A DNA stretch of 64,000 nucleotides from assembly GCA_050296515.1 (NCBI GenBank), contig JBNKRJ010000019.1, positions 45,654-109,653 on the forward strand. Reading direction: 5' to 3'. Under the pieces are notes generated by a model. That model was not told the origin of the DNA. It was given only the letters and a program-made list of their open reading frames with translations, and did no database searches. This DNA is from Bacteroidales bacterium (GTDB taxonomy: Bacteria; Bacteroidota; Bacteroidia; Bacteroidales; NBLH01). Shown here one piece after another: positions 37,452 to 47,453 of the stretch (positions within the stretch are counted from its first letter, which is position 1; each line of letters opens with the position of its first letter). Position numbers and translations under genes: made by a program.

Positions 37452-39722
37452 TTAACTTTCCTGGCCAATAGCATCAATAACTGCCACTGTAGCCATGTAA
37501 ACTATTTCTCTAACCGAACTTTCAATTTGTAATACCTGGATAGGTTTGTTCATCCCCATTAAAACCGGGCCAATCACCTCTCCTCCACCAATTTCCTGCA
37601 TGATTTTGTAAGCTGCGTTCCCACTACTAAGATTTGGGAAAATGACAGTATTTACCCTTTTTCCGCTTAGTTTTGAGAATGGAAAATGTTTTTCTCTATT
37701 TTCTCTATTAAACGCAAAGTTTGCTTGCATTTCACCGTCAACCTGAATCTCAGGATATTTTTCGTGCAAGATTTTAACAGCCTCACAAACTCTCTCCGGA
37801 CTTCCACCTTTAACAGAACCAAAGTTTGAGTATGAAATCATGGCAATAACAGGTTCCACACCAAATTTACGAACATCCGAAGCAGTTAAAACTGTTGTTT
37901 CAACTAGTGTCTGAGCATCAGGCATCCTATTCACTGTAGTGTCAGCAAAGAATATTGGCCCTTGCTTTGTCATTACAATATGCATCCCAGCAACATGATT
38001 AAACTTAGGACTGGTTCCAATAATTTCAAGTGCTGGTTTCAAAATCTGTGAATAACGAACAGTCGTTCCTGAAACAAAAGCATCAGCATCACCGGATTCA
38101 ACCATCATAATTCCAAAGTAATTACGACCAAAAAGAAGCTCTTTGGATTCTTCATAGGTTAAACCTTTACGTTTTCGTTTTCCCCAAAGTGTAAGTGCAT
38201 ATTTAGTTCTTCTGCCCTTTTCCTCTTCCGATCGAGGATCAATAATTTCAACTCCAGGTAAATCAAGTTGGTTGTCATTGATTAACTCATTGATTAATTC
38301 CTTGTTACCAAGCAATATCGGCTTAGCAATTCCTTCATTAAGAACAACTTGAGCAGCCTTTAAAACATTAAAGTTGGTAGCCTCTGCAAATACCACTTTC
38401 TTAGGATTTTTGCGGGCTTTATCATTCATGTTTCGAATTAGCTGATTATCAAGACCTAATCTGTTTGCTAACTCTTCTTTATACTCTTCCCAATTTTTTA
38501 TTGGTTCAGTAGCCACACCTGATTCCATTGCAGCTCTGGCAACTGCAGGAGAAACAACTGTTATTAATCTTGGGTCCAGAGGTTTTGGGATAATATATTC
38601 TTTCCCAAACTTTAGATTTTTCTGATCATAAGCCTGGTTAACATCTTCCGGTACGTCCATTTTTGCTAACGAAGCAATTGCGTAAACTGCTGCTTTTTTC
38701 ATCTCTTCATTAATCGCAGTAGCTTTCACATCCAATGCTCCTCTGAAAATAAACGGAAATCCAAGTACATTATTCACCTGGTTAGGATAATCAGAACGAC
38801 CGGTTGCCATAATTGCATCAGGTCGGGCTTCCATGGCATCTTCGTAAGAAATTTCAGGATCCGGGTTGGCCATTGCAAAAATAATAGGCTGATTAGCCAT
38901 TTTTTTCACCATTTCTTTGGTTACCAGATTTTTTACCGAAAGCCCCATAAACAAATCCGCTCCTTCCATGGCCTGTTCGAGCGTTTCAACATTTCGTTCT
39001 GTAATAAACTCCTGTTTGTATTTATTCAAATCTGTGCGCTTTGAATTTATTGCACCTTTGCTGTCGCACATCACCACATTTTCTTTTTTAGCCCCTAATG
39101 AAAGGAGTAGTTTTGTACATGCCATTGCCGAAGCCCCGGCCCCGCTAACAACAATTTTTATATTTTCAATCTTTTTATTTACTAATTCTAAAGCATTCAC
39201 TACTCCTGCTGCCGATATTATAGCTGTTCCATGTTGGTCGTCATGCATCACAGGTATATCAAGCTCTTCCTTTAACCTGTTCTCTATCTCAAAACACTCA
39301 GGAGCTTTTATATCTTCAAGGTTAATTCCACCAAATGTTGGCGCAATCTCTTTTACTGTTTCAACAAATTTATCAATGTCTTTTGTTTCAACTTCAATGT
39401 CAAAAACATCAACATCTGCAAATATCTTAAACAAAAGGCCTTTCCCTTCCATCACAGGTTTACTAGCAACTGCTCCAAGATCACCTAATCCCAGAACCGC
39501 CGTTCCATTAGATATAACAGCTACAAGATTTCCTTTTGCAGTATACTTGTATGCATCGTTTTTGTTTTTTTCTATCTCAAGACATGGTTCTGCAACACCA
39601 GGAGAATATGCCAGCGCCAAATCTCTCTGGGTACTATAAGGTTTGGTTGGAATTACTTCAATTTTCCCCGGTCTGCCTTCTGAGTGATAACGTAATGCAT
39701 CTTCTTTCTTAATTTTTGCCAT
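37452..39722 (-). CDS. maeB: NADP-dependent malic enzyme with C-terminal phosphotransacetylase-like domain
   Basis: 756 aa. N-terminus LALAYSPGVA, the Rossmann motif VSGAGASAMA, and a long PTA-like C-terminal half. Confidence 0.95.
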   Translation of the reverse strand: MAKIKKEDALRYHSEGRPGKIEVIPTKPYSTQRDLALAYSPGVAEPCLEIEKNKNDAYKYTAKGNLVAVISNGTAVLGLGDLGAVASKPVMEGKGLLFKIFADVDVFDIEVETKDIDKFVETVKEIAPTFGGINLEDIKAPECFEIENRLKEELDIPVMHDDQHGTAIISAAGVVNALELVNKKIENIKIVVSGAGASAMACTKLLLSLGAKKENVVMCDSKGAINSKRTDLNKYKQEFITERNVETLEQAMEGADLFMGLSVKNLVTKEMVKKMANQPIIFAMANPDPEISYEDAMEARPDAIMATGRSDYPNQVNNVLGFPFIFRGALDVKATAINEEMKKAAVYAIASLAKMDVPEDVNQAYDQKNLKFGKEYIIPKPLDPRLITVVSPAVARAAMESGVATEPIKNWEEYKEELANRLGLDNQLIRNMNDKARKNPKKVVFAEATNFNVLKAAQVVLNEGIAKPILLGNKELINELINDNQLDLPGVEIIDPRSEEEKGRRTKYALTLWGKRKRKGLTYEESKELLFGRNYFGIMMVESGDADAFVSGTTVRYSQILKPALEIIGTSPKFNHVAGMHIVMTKQGPIFFADTTVNRMPDAQTLVETTVLTASDVRKFGVEPVIAMISYSNFGSVKGGSPERVCEAVKILHEKYPEIQVDGEMQANFAFNRENREKHFPFSKLSGKRVNTVIFPNLSSGNAAYKIMQEIGGGEVIGPVLMGMNKPIQVLQIESSVREIVYMATVAVIDAIGQES

Positions 39723-39881
39723 TGTGAATCAATTTAGGTTTAACAACAAAGGTACAGCATATTACCTATTGAGCGTTAAAAGTCAATATATTATACAACA
39801 CAACCCTGCAGTGTATAGTTATTATGCCGGATAATTTTATTTAACTAATTTCGTTATATTCAAAACTAAATAGAATCAAAA

Positions 39882-40439
39882 ATGAACAAAATCATTTTGT
39901 TTTATATTTTAATTTTTAGCCTTCTAAAATTTACAGTATTTGCTCAAGAAGATAATACATTAACCTTTGGTGAAGAGAAAGGAGAGGTTGAATACTTCTT
40001 TGGATTCAATCTAATGGAAACAAGTTTTGGAACAATGTACCACCTGGCATTGATTAAGCCAGGCGAAAATGGGAAAAGAGAAGTTCGGTTGTTAACTAAA
40101 GATGGGTTTATCGCTCAGGCAAGCGGAAAACAAGAATCAAAGGGGAATCCTGAAAAAATTGACTTTTTTGAAAAATTTCAGATCAAAAACCCAAATATTG
40201 TAGATGATTTATGGCGACTCAGGTACAAAGAATATCCATATTTTACTCAGGAAAAAATGGAACCAGGCTGGTCGGCAAATGATTCAATACCATTTTTACC
40301 AACCGAGGCTCAAATGCAAATTCTCAGTAAATTTGGCCTAACCAAAATGAGCGACTATATCATTGGTGATGATGCATTTAGGTTATTAAAACTGATGGAA
40401 CAACCCGAATGGATTAATTCTTACAAAGAAAATTATTAA
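39882..40439 (+). CDS. Secreted hypothetical protein
   Basis: 185 aa. Signal peptide ending FTVFAQE. No domain recognised. Confidence 0.6.
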   Translation: MNKIILFYILIFSLLKFTVFAQEDNTLTFGEEKGEVEYFFGFNLMETSFGTMYHLALIKPGENGKREVRLLTKDGFIAQASGKQESKGNPEKIDFFEKFQIKNPNIVDDLWRLRYKEYPYFTQEKMEPGWSANDSIPFLPTEAQMQILSKFGLTKMSDYIIGDDAFRLLKLMEQPEWINSYKENY

Positions 40440-40549
40440 GCGAATTGTTTAATATAAAAGAAGAAAAGAATAATTAGCTTATTTCGAGCTGATTAATAAC
40501 AGTTTACAAATATTTTTAAATAAAAAATTGATATTTGAAAAGTTTTATC

Positions 40550-40557
40550 TAATTTTG
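40550..40557 (+). promoter_or_regulatory. TAnnTTTG -7 box upstream of rpsO
   Basis: TAATTTTG, 41 nt before the ATG at 40598. A TTG lies about 20 nt further upstream. Confidence 0.45.
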
Positions 40558-40597
40558 CGAGCTATTGTAAACCATGGTAAAGTAAAAAGTATTTAAT

Positions 40598-40867
40598 ATG
40601 TATTTAACAACGGAAAAGAAGAAAGAGTTTTTCAAAACTTATGGGAAGACAGAGCAAGATACCGGTACAGCAGAAGCTCAAATAGCCCTTTTTTCTTATC
40701 GCATCAGCCATTTGACTGAACATTTAAAATCAAATAAAAAGGATTTTGGAACTCAGCGTTCATTATTGAAGTTGGTTGGTAAAAGAAGAAGATTACTTGA
40801 TTATTTAAAGAGAATTGATATTGAAAGATATAGAACAATTATCAAATCTTTAAATTTAAGAAGATAA
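40598..40867 (+). CDS. rpsO: 30S ribosomal protein S15
   Basis: 89 aa. Contains [29 protein letters not shown] and RRRLLDYL. Confidence 0.95.
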   Translation: MYLTTEKKKEFFKTYGKTEQDTGTAEAQIALFSYRISHLTEHLKSNKKDFGTQRSLLKLVGKRRRLLDYLKRIDIERYRTIIKSLNLRR

Positions 40868-40874
40868 CAAAAAA

Positions 40875-40897
40875 GGCAATTAGAATTGCCTTTTTTT
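40875..40897 (+). terminator. Rho-independent terminator or attenuator after rpsO
   Basis: ggcaat-taga-attgcc followed by T7. Confidence 0.8.
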
Positions 40898-40969
40898 GTT
40901 CACAACCCCATCCTTCAGGCAAATACTCCGGTCGGATGACCAAATAACAGACAAATTATCAAATAGAAT

Positions 40970-43108
40970 ATGTACAAATTAATTACGAAAGATGTCGATC
41001 TTGGTGACGGACGTGTTGTCACCATCGAAACAGGTAAATTAGCCAAACAGGCTGATGGCGCTGTTGTTGTAAAAATGGGTAAAACCATGTTAATGGCAAC
41101 TGTTGTTGCTGCAAAAGAAGCAAAACAAGATGTGGATTTTATGCCACTATCAGTTGAATACAAAGAAAATTTCGCTGCTATTGGAAGATTCCCAGGCGGA
41201 TTTACAAGAAGAGAAGGAAGACCAGGAGATGCGCAAATACTGGTTGCAAGATTAATTGACAGGGCTTTACGTCCATTATTCCCAAAAGATTTTCATGCTG
41301 AAACATTTGTTACTGTAAGCCTTATTTCAGCAGATAAAGATGTAATACCAGATGCTTTGGCTGGATTAGCTGCCTCTGCTGCACTTTCTGTTTCAGACAT
41401 TCCATTTGATGGCCCAATTTCAGAAGTAAGAGTTTCAAGAGTTGATGGAAAGCTGATTATTAACCCAACTACAGAAGAAAACGAAAGAGCTGATATTGAT
41501 CTTATGGTCGGTGCAACCATTAATGATATCATGATGGTTGAAGGTGAAATGAGTGAAGTTTCAGAAGCAGAGATGCTTGAAGCAATCAAATTCGCTCATG
41601 AAGCAATTAAAGTGCAATGCCAGGCTCAAATTGAGCTTGCACAAGAGGTTGGAAAAACTGTAAAAAGAGAATACGAAAAAGAAGAATTCAAAGAAGATTT
41701 ATTCAATAATCTTAAAAAGTTCTCATACGATAGAATATACGAAGTTGCAAAAAGCTCACTTCCAAAACAAGAAAGAAGCGAAGCTTTTAAAACAATTAAA
41801 GAAGAGTTTGTTGCAACTTTAACAGAAGAAGAACAAGAAGAGTTAGCATTCTTTATTGGTCAATATTTCCATGATATTGAAAAAGAAGCTGTAAGAAATC
41901 TTCTTCTAGATGAAAAAACAAGGTTGGATGGTCGAAAACCAAACCAAATCAGACCTATTTGGACTGAAGTTGATTACCTGCCTGCAACACATGGTTCTTC
42001 TATTTTCACAAGAGGTGAAACTCAATCGTTAACTACGGTTACCCTGGGAACAAAACTTGATGAAAAAATCATTGATGAAGTGATGGAACAAGGAAGAGGC
42101 AAATTCTTGTTGCATTATAATTTCCCACCATTCTCTACTGGCGATGCAAGACCTGAAAGAGGGGTTAGTAGAAGAGAAGTTGGACATGGAAACCTAGCTC
42201 ATCGTGCATTAAAAAGAATGTTACCAAGCGAAGAAGATAGTACTTACACCATTCGTGTTGTTTCAACTATTCTTGAATCAAATGGTTCGTCTTCAATGGC
42301 TACAGTATGTGCTGGTACTCTTGCACTTATGGATGCCGGTGTGAAGATTAAACGCCCGGTTTCTGGTATTGCAATGGGTCTAATCCATGATTCTGAGAAT
42401 AGGTACGAAGTACTTTCTGACATTCTTGGAGATGAAGATCACCTTGGTGATATGGACTTTAAAGTTACCGGAACCACCGAAGGAATTACTGCTTGCCAGA
42501 TGGATATTAAAATTGACGGACTTTCTTATGAAATCCTGGAAAAAGCATTGGCTCAAGCGAAAGAGGGACGTGCGCATATATTAAATGAAATGCTTAAAAC
42601 GATTAGCGAACCTCGTGAAGATTACAAGCCCCATGTACCTCGTATTGAGAAAGTTATCATTCCTAAAGAAATGATTGGTGCAATTATTGGCCCTGGTGGA
42701 AAAATTGTTCAGGAAATTCAGGAAGTTACTAAAACAGTTATTACCATTGAAGAAAAAGATAATACAGGTATTGTGCTAATTTCTTCTGAAGATAAAGAAG
42801 GAATCATGCAAGCCAAACAAAGAATCAGAGGTATTACAGAACAACCTGAAGTTGGTGAAGTTTATACTGGTAAAGTAAAATCAATTGTTGCATTTGGTGC
42901 GTTTGTTGAAATTCTTCCAGGTAAAGACGGGCTGCTCCATATTTCAGAAATTGAGTGGCGAAGATTAAATACTGTGGATGAAGTATTAAAAGAAGGGGAT
43001 ATGGTTGAAGTTAAGTTAATTGATATAGACAAAAAAACCAATAAACTTAAGCTTTCAAGAAAAGTTCTTCTTCCAAAGCCAGAAAAGAAAGAAAAAAAGC
43101 AGGATTAA
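40970..43108 (+). CDS. pnp: Polyribonucleotide nucleotidyltransferase (PNPase)
   Basis: 712 aa. Two RNase PH domains, KH ([10 protein letters not shown]) and S1 ([21 protein letters not shown]). Confidence 0.95.
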   Translation: MYKLITKDVDLGDGRVVTIETGKLAKQADGAVVVKMGKTMLMATVVAAKEAKQDVDFMPLSVEYKENFAAIGRFPGGFTRREGRPGDAQILVARLIDRALRPLFPKDFHAETFVTVSLISADKDVIPDALAGLAASAALSVSDIPFDGPISEVRVSRVDGKLIINPTTEENERADIDLMVGATINDIMMVEGEMSEVSEAEMLEAIKFAHEAIKVQCQAQIELAQEVGKTVKREYEKEEFKEDLFNNLKKFSYDRIYEVAKSSLPKQERSEAFKTIKEEFVATLTEEEQEELAFFIGQYFHDIEKEAVRNLLLDEKTRLDGRKPNQIRPIWTEVDYLPATHGSSIFTRGETQSLTTVTLGTKLDEKIIDEVMEQGRGKFLLHYNFPPFSTGDARPERGVSRREVGHGNLAHRALKRMLPSEEDSTYTIRVVSTILESNGSSSMATVCAGTLALMDAGVKIKRPVSGIAMGLIHDSENRYEVLSDILGDEDHLGDMDFKVTGTTEGITACQMDIKIDGLSYEILEKALAQAKEGRAHILNEMLKTISEPREDYKPHVPRIEKVIIPKEMIGAIIGPGGKIVQEIQEVTKTVITIEEKDNTGIVLISSEDKEGIMQAKQRIRGITEQPEVGEVYTGKVKSIVAFGAFVEILPGKDGLLHISEIEWRRLNTVDEVLKEGDMVEVKLIDIDKKTNKLKLSRKVLLPKPEKKEKKQD

Positions 43109-43139
43109 ATATCCTCTAAGCAATAATTATTAGAATTAG

Positions 43140-43172
43140 CCTCAAAGTTATAGCTTTGAGGTTTCTTTTTTT
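43140..43172 (+). terminator. Rho-independent terminator of pnp
   Basis: cctcaaag (43140-43147) pairs with ctttgagg (43154-43161), followed by tttcttttttt. Confidence 0.85.
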
Positions 43173-43176
43173 ACTT

Positions 43177-43211
43177 ATGACTAATGTCTAATTTCTAAAG
43201 ACTAAGATTAT
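43177..43211. repeat. Heptad array A[AT]G[AT]CTA running into the start codon of the next ORF
   Basis: atgacta atgtcta atttcta aagacta agattat, in register from 43177. The first 16 nt are identical to 13397-13412. Confidence 0.85.
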
Positions 43212-43698
43212 GTCTGTTTGGTACGATAAAATAGAAATACAGGTTGATGAAAACATTGAAAAACTGTATAAAAAAGATTACAAATTTTACCAGGTTGATA
43301 CTTTTTTAAAACTCTCTAAAAAGATTGATGAACTTTCAGTTAATTGCATTGATTGTAAATCTTTGAAAAAAAAGGCAGAAGATATATCTGAAAATCTTGA
43401 TACCTACTTACGTGGAGAGATAGCCTTGCGAAAAAGCTATGAAAAAACATTGAATGAAATTAGTGACCATGTGAAAAAAGTTCATAAAGTGTTCCCCAAC
43501 CAGTATAATCTATACTCTTTTTCGTTTTTTGGAATAATAGCAGGTATGGGATTAGGATGGCTAATTACCTGGTTAATAGATGAAACGTATTTAAAAGGCG
43601 GCCTCATATTCGGATTCACAATTGGTTTAATTGTGGGTAGAATAGTTGGCAAATTACGTGATAGAGAGCTTCACAAGGAAGGGAGACTTTTAGAATAA
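43210..43698 (+). CDS. Hypothetical membrane protein (two C-terminal TM helices)
   Basis: 162 aa. Soluble helical N-terminal half, then FSFFGIIAGMGLGWLITWLI and GGLIFGFTIGLIVGRIVG. Confidence 0.6.
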   Translation: MSVWYDKIEIQVDENIEKLYKKDYKFYQVDTFLKLSKKIDELSVNCIDCKSLKKKAEDISENLDTYLRGEIALRKSYEKTLNEISDHVKKVHKVFPNQYNLYSFSFFGIIAGMGLGWLITWLIDETYLKGGLIFGFTIGLIVGRIVGKLRDRELHKEGRLLE

Positions 43699-43704
43699 GC
43701 AAAA

Positions 43705-43735
43705 TGGTCATACTAAAAATTTAGAAGTATGACCA
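43705..43735. terminator. Hairpin between convergent genes
   Basis: tggtcatac (43705-43713) pairs with gtatgacca (43727-43735). On the minus strand it is followed by ttttgctt. Confidence 0.55.
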
Positions 43736-43747
43736 CTGCATTGCTTT

Positions 43748-44182
43748 TTAAACTGATTTTGGAGTGTCATTCCATCCAGCATATTTATTCTTAAGATAAT
43801 CATCTAAATCATCAGCATAAGTTCCAACCCTGTTTAAAGTTGCCATCATTTCATCCTCATCAAGTCCATTGAGCTCACGAATGGATTTCATGTAGATCCA
43901 GTCTTTATATTTGGTCATTGCGGTACCATATAAAGTATGGTTCTTCTCAAGTACTTCCTGATAAAACTCTAGTGTCTTATCTGTTGGGATTTGTGCAACA
44001 GGAGCCATACACTGAAAATAGCCAAAATGATCGTTTTCGCGCTTAAAAACGTCAATCCAAACACTAGCTGAGCCTTTTTTTAAGTCCCATTGCCCTGGGT
44101 TCTGACCTCTGCAAACCGAAGGGTCAACACCAAGTTTTCTAATACAGTTTTCGACCATTTGAAAATAAGGTTGTAGATCCAT
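43748..44182 (-). CDS. YbjN-like (T3SS-chaperone-fold) hypothetical protein
   Basis: 144 aa. The general pattern (W.L..G...V.I......YF...AP) matches my memory of the YbjN family. Weak assignment. Confidence 0.5.
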   Translation of the reverse strand: MDLQPYFQMVENCIRKLGVDPSVCRGQNPGQWDLKKGSASVWIDVFKRENDHFGYFQCMAPVAQIPTDKTLEFYQEVLEKNHTLYGTAMTKYKDWIYMKSIRELNGLDEDEMMATLNRVGTYADDLDDYLKNKYAGWNDTPKSV

Positions 44183-44420
44183 AGTATTTCATTTTAATAG
44201 AATTAGTGATCAAATTTAACCAAATTTTATTTAAAAATCCATAATTTATTTCTTTATCTGATAGCTCCTTTCATTTTTTTTGATAAAAAGTTCTTTTAAT
44301 AGTATAAACGATTAGAACAGAATACAAACCAATAAAGTCTTAAAAGCCAGTAAATGCAACAGGTTGATTTGTAGTCAAATATGAAAAAGTGAATTATTTT
44401 TTTCAGATCAACAGTTTTTC

Positions 44421-44428
44421 TATATTTG
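44421..44428 (+). promoter_or_regulatory. TAnnTTTG -7 box upstream of the prolyl oligopeptidase gene
   Basis: TATATTTG, 26 nt before the ATG at 44454. Confidence 0.4.
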
Positions 44429-44453
44429 TTGCTTAAACCTAAACATTCACTTT

Positions 44454-46589
44454 ATGAAAAAGATTTTTACAGTATCATTAATTGCAGCATTATTTGCCTG
44501 TAATAGTGCTCCTAAAAAACCGGAAATTACCGTGACTTATCCAGAAACAAAAAAAGTTGACACAGTAGACACTTATTTTGGTGTTGAAGTAGCAGACCCT
44601 TATCGGTGGCTCGAAGATGATTTATCGGAAGAAACAGCTGCCTGGGTAAAATCTGAAAATGAAGTAACCTTTGGTTATTTAGAAAAGATTCCTTTCAGGA
44701 ACAAAATTAAAGAACGCCTTGAAAAACTTTGGAACTACGAAAAAGTTGGTGCACCAACCAAACATGGTGACTACTATTATTTTTACAAAAATGATGGTCT
44801 TCAAAATCAATATGTTTTGTATAGAAAGAAAGACCTAAACACTGAAGAGGCTGAAGTTTTTATTGATCCTAATAAATTCTCAGAGGATGGAACAGTTTCA
44901 ATGGCAGGAACCAGCTTTACAAAAGATGGTAGTTTAATGGCTTATTTGATTTCAGAAGGGGGTTCTGATTGGAGAAAAATCATCATTCGAAAAACTGAAA
45001 CCAATGAAATTATTGAAGATACTTTGGTAGATGTTAAATTCAGTGGAGTATCGTGGAAAGGAAATGAAGGTTTTTATTATAGCAGCTATGATAAGCCAAA
45101 AGGAAGCGAATTATCTACAAAAACTCAATACCATAAATTGTATTATCACAAACTTGGAACTAATCAGAAAAGCGATATTTTAGTGTTTGGAGGCGAAAAA
45201 CAACCTCGAAGATATATTGGAGGAAGTGTTACTGATGATCAGAAATATCTTATCATTTGGGCAGCTGAAAGTACTTCAGGCAACGAGCTTTATGTTCAGG
45301 ATATTTCTATGCCTAATGGTAAAATAAAGCCTATTATCACAGGTTTTGATAATAATAATATTATTGTAGATAATGAAGGAGAACGTTTTCTTATTCAAAC
45401 AAATTTAAATGCACCAAATAATCGTCTTGTGGAAGTAAATATTAACGAGCCGGCTCCTGAAAACTGGAAAGATGTGATTCCTGAAACAGAGAATGTAATG
45501 GATGTATCAACTGGTGGTGGTTCATTGTTTGCATCATATATGGTTGATGTAAAATCCAAGATTTTACAATACGATTATTCCGGCAAATTAATTAGAGAAA
45601 TTGAACTCCCCTCTATCGGAACAGCTGAAGGTTTTGGTGCAGAAAAAGAAGACAAAGAACTGTACTACAGTTTCACATCATTTACATACCCAAGTACTAT
45701 CTTTAAATATGATATTGCAACAGGAAAATCTGAAATGTACTGGAAACCTGCAATTGACTTTAATCCTGAAGATTACGAAACAGAGCAGGTGTTTTACAAA
45801 AGTAAAGACGAAACCGAAATTCCTATGTTTATTGTTTACAAAAAAGGACTTGAGAAAAACGGCAAAAACCCAACCTATTTGTATGCATATGGGGGGTTCA
45901 ATATCAGCTTAACACCAAGCTTTAGCACTGGAATGATTGTTTGGTTAGAACAAGGAGGTATTTTTGCTCAACCAAATCTGAGAGGTGGTGGAGAATATGG
46001 TGAAAAATGGCATAAAGCTGGCACAAAAATGCAGAAGCAAAATGTATTTGATGATTTTATTGCAGCAGCAGAATATCTTAAAGAAAACAAATATACTTCT
46101 ACAGATTACTTAGCAATTGCAGGTGGTTCAAACGGAGGATTACTTATTGGTGCAACAATAACACAACAACCTGATTTAGCTGCAGTTGCATTCCCTGCGG
46201 TTGGTGTTCTTGATATGTTACGTTATCACAAATTTACTGCTGGTGCAGGATGGACATCTGATTATGGCAATGCTGATGAATCAAAAGAAATGTTTGAGTA
46301 TTTAAAAGGATATTCACCCTTGCACAATGTAAAAGAGGCATCTTATCCTGCAACAATGGTTACTACGGCAGATCATGACGACAGGGTAGTTCCGGCTCAT
46401 TCATTTAAATTTGCGGCTACGTTACAAGAAAGGCACACTGGCAAAACTCCTATTCTTATTCGTATTGAAACCAGTGCAGGACACGGAGCCGGAACACCAA
46501 CTTCGAAAATTATTGAGCAATATGCCGATAAATTTGGATTTGCTTTCTTTAACATGGGGATTGAGCCAAAATATAAAGATGCTGAATAA
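44454..46589 (+). CDS. Prolyl oligopeptidase (S9A), lipoprotein
   Basis: 711 aa. Contains DPYRWLED and the catalytic GGSNGGLL Ser. DDRV and GHG supply the Asp and His. Confidence 0.9.
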   Translation: MKKIFTVSLIAALFACNSAPKKPEITVTYPETKKVDTVDTYFGVEVADPYRWLEDDLSEETAAWVKSENEVTFGYLEKIPFRNKIKERLEKLWNYEKVGAPTKHGDYYYFYKNDGLQNQYVLYRKKDLNTEEAEVFIDPNKFSEDGTVSMAGTSFTKDGSLMAYLISEGGSDWRKIIIRKTETNEIIEDTLVDVKFSGVSWKGNEGFYYSSYDKPKGSELSTKTQYHKLYYHKLGTNQKSDILVFGGEKQPRRYIGGSVTDDQKYLIIWAAESTSGNELYVQDISMPNGKIKPIITGFDNNNIIVDNEGERFLIQTNLNAPNNRLVEVNINEPAPENWKDVIPETENVMDVSTGGGSLFASYMVDVKSKILQYDYSGKLIREIELPSIGTAEGFGAEKEDKELYYSFTSFTYPSTIFKYDIATGKSEMYWKPAIDFNPEDYETEQVFYKSKDETEIPMFIVYKKGLEKNGKNPTYLYAYGGFNISLTPSFSTGMIVWLEQGGIFAQPNLRGGGEYGEKWHKAGTKMQKQNVFDDFIAAAEYLKENKYTSTDYLAIAGGSNGGLLIGATITQQPDLAAVAFPAVGVLDMLRYHKFTAGAGWTSDYGNADESKEMFEYLKGYSPLHNVKEASYPATMVTTADHDDRVVPAHSFKFAATLQERHTGKTPILIRIETSAGHGAGTPTSKIIEQYADKFGFAFFNMGIEPKYKDAE

Positions 46590-46620
46590 AAATACACAAC
46601 AATCTTAAAAGAAAACATTC

Positions 46621-46648
46621 AAAGCTGGCAAAATTATTTGTCAGCTTT
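46621..46648 (+). terminator. Hairpin after the prolyl oligopeptidase gene
   Basis: aaagctg (46621-46627) pairs with cagcttt (46642-46648), followed by gatttta. It covers the TTG start used by the ORF track for the next gene. Confidence 0.5.
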
Positions 46649-46661
46649 GATTTTAAAAAGT

Positions 46662-47297
46662 ATGAAACATAAATTTATTGTAATAGAAGGACTTATTGGA
46701 GCAGGAAAGACTAGCTTGTCGAAAAAAATTGCCGATAAGTTTAATGCAAAACTCATTTTAGAACAATTTGCAGATAACCCTTTCCTCCCCAAATTTTATA
46801 AAGAGCCCGAAAAATACTCTTTCCAACTTGAATTGTCTTTTTTAGCAGAACGGTATCATCAATTAAAAGATGAATTAAGTACAGGCGATTTATTCAAATC
46901 CTTCCTTATATCAGACTATTATTTCACAAAGTCACTAATATTTGCCAAATCAACACTGGCAGACGATGAATACAGGTTGTTTCGTAACCTTTTTGATATC
47001 ATATTAACAACGTTACCCAAACCCGACTTATACGTGTATTTGCATCTAAAACCAGAAAATGCCCTTAAAAACATAAAAAAAAGAGGTCGGGATTATGAAC
47101 AATCCATTGATGCAAATTATCTTGAGAAGATTAGCCGAAACTACTTTGACTATTTCAAACATCAACAAAACATGAAGTTTTTGGTAGTTGATACCAATGG
47201 CATTGATTTTGTTAACAATAGATCTGATTTTGAGGAGCTTATTGATGTTATCTTCAATATCGAATATGATTATGGAATCAATAGAAAGATTCTTTAA
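46662..47297 (+). CDS. Deoxynucleoside kinase (dCK/dGK family)
   Basis: Starts MKHKFIVIEGLIGAGKTSL (P-loop). Contains ERY..L and the DRY-like region, and RGRDYE. Confidence 0.85.
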   Translation: MKHKFIVIEGLIGAGKTSLSKKIADKFNAKLILEQFADNPFLPKFYKEPEKYSFQLELSFLAERYHQLKDELSTGDLFKSFLISDYYFTKSLIFAKSTLADDEYRLFRNLFDIILTTLPKPDLYVYLHLKPENALKNIKKRGRDYEQSIDANYLEKISRNYFDYFKHQQNMKFLVVDTNGIDFVNNRSDFEELIDVIFNIEYDYGINRKIL

Positions 47298-47390
47298 AAA
47301 AACACCTTTTTCCTGTCATTTTGGCCGTTATATTAACTATAATTTTACAAAAAAAAGCCAGATTGGGTTTCATTTATTAAAAACATTGTA

Positions 47391-47398
47391 TAGATTTG
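47391..47398 (+). promoter_or_regulatory. TAnnTTTG -7 box upstream of the TPR lipoprotein gene
   Basis: TAGATTTG, 56 nt before the ATG at 47454. Confidence 0.35.
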
Positions 47399-47453
47399 CA
47401 ATAGTAAATATATTAACCGAAAATCATTTAGTCAAACAATTTATTTATCAATT

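Noticed and set aside
38917-39639. 240-aa plus-strand ORF
   Set aside because: It lies entirely antisense within the strongly conserved maeB gene. Its composition is low-complexity and Ser/Phe/Thr-rich, typical of a shadow ORF.
46638-46661. TTG start of the deoxynucleoside kinase ORF
   Set aside because: This segment is covered by the hairpin that ends the upstream gene (46621-46648). The ATG at 46662 gives a normal N-terminus directly before the P-loop.
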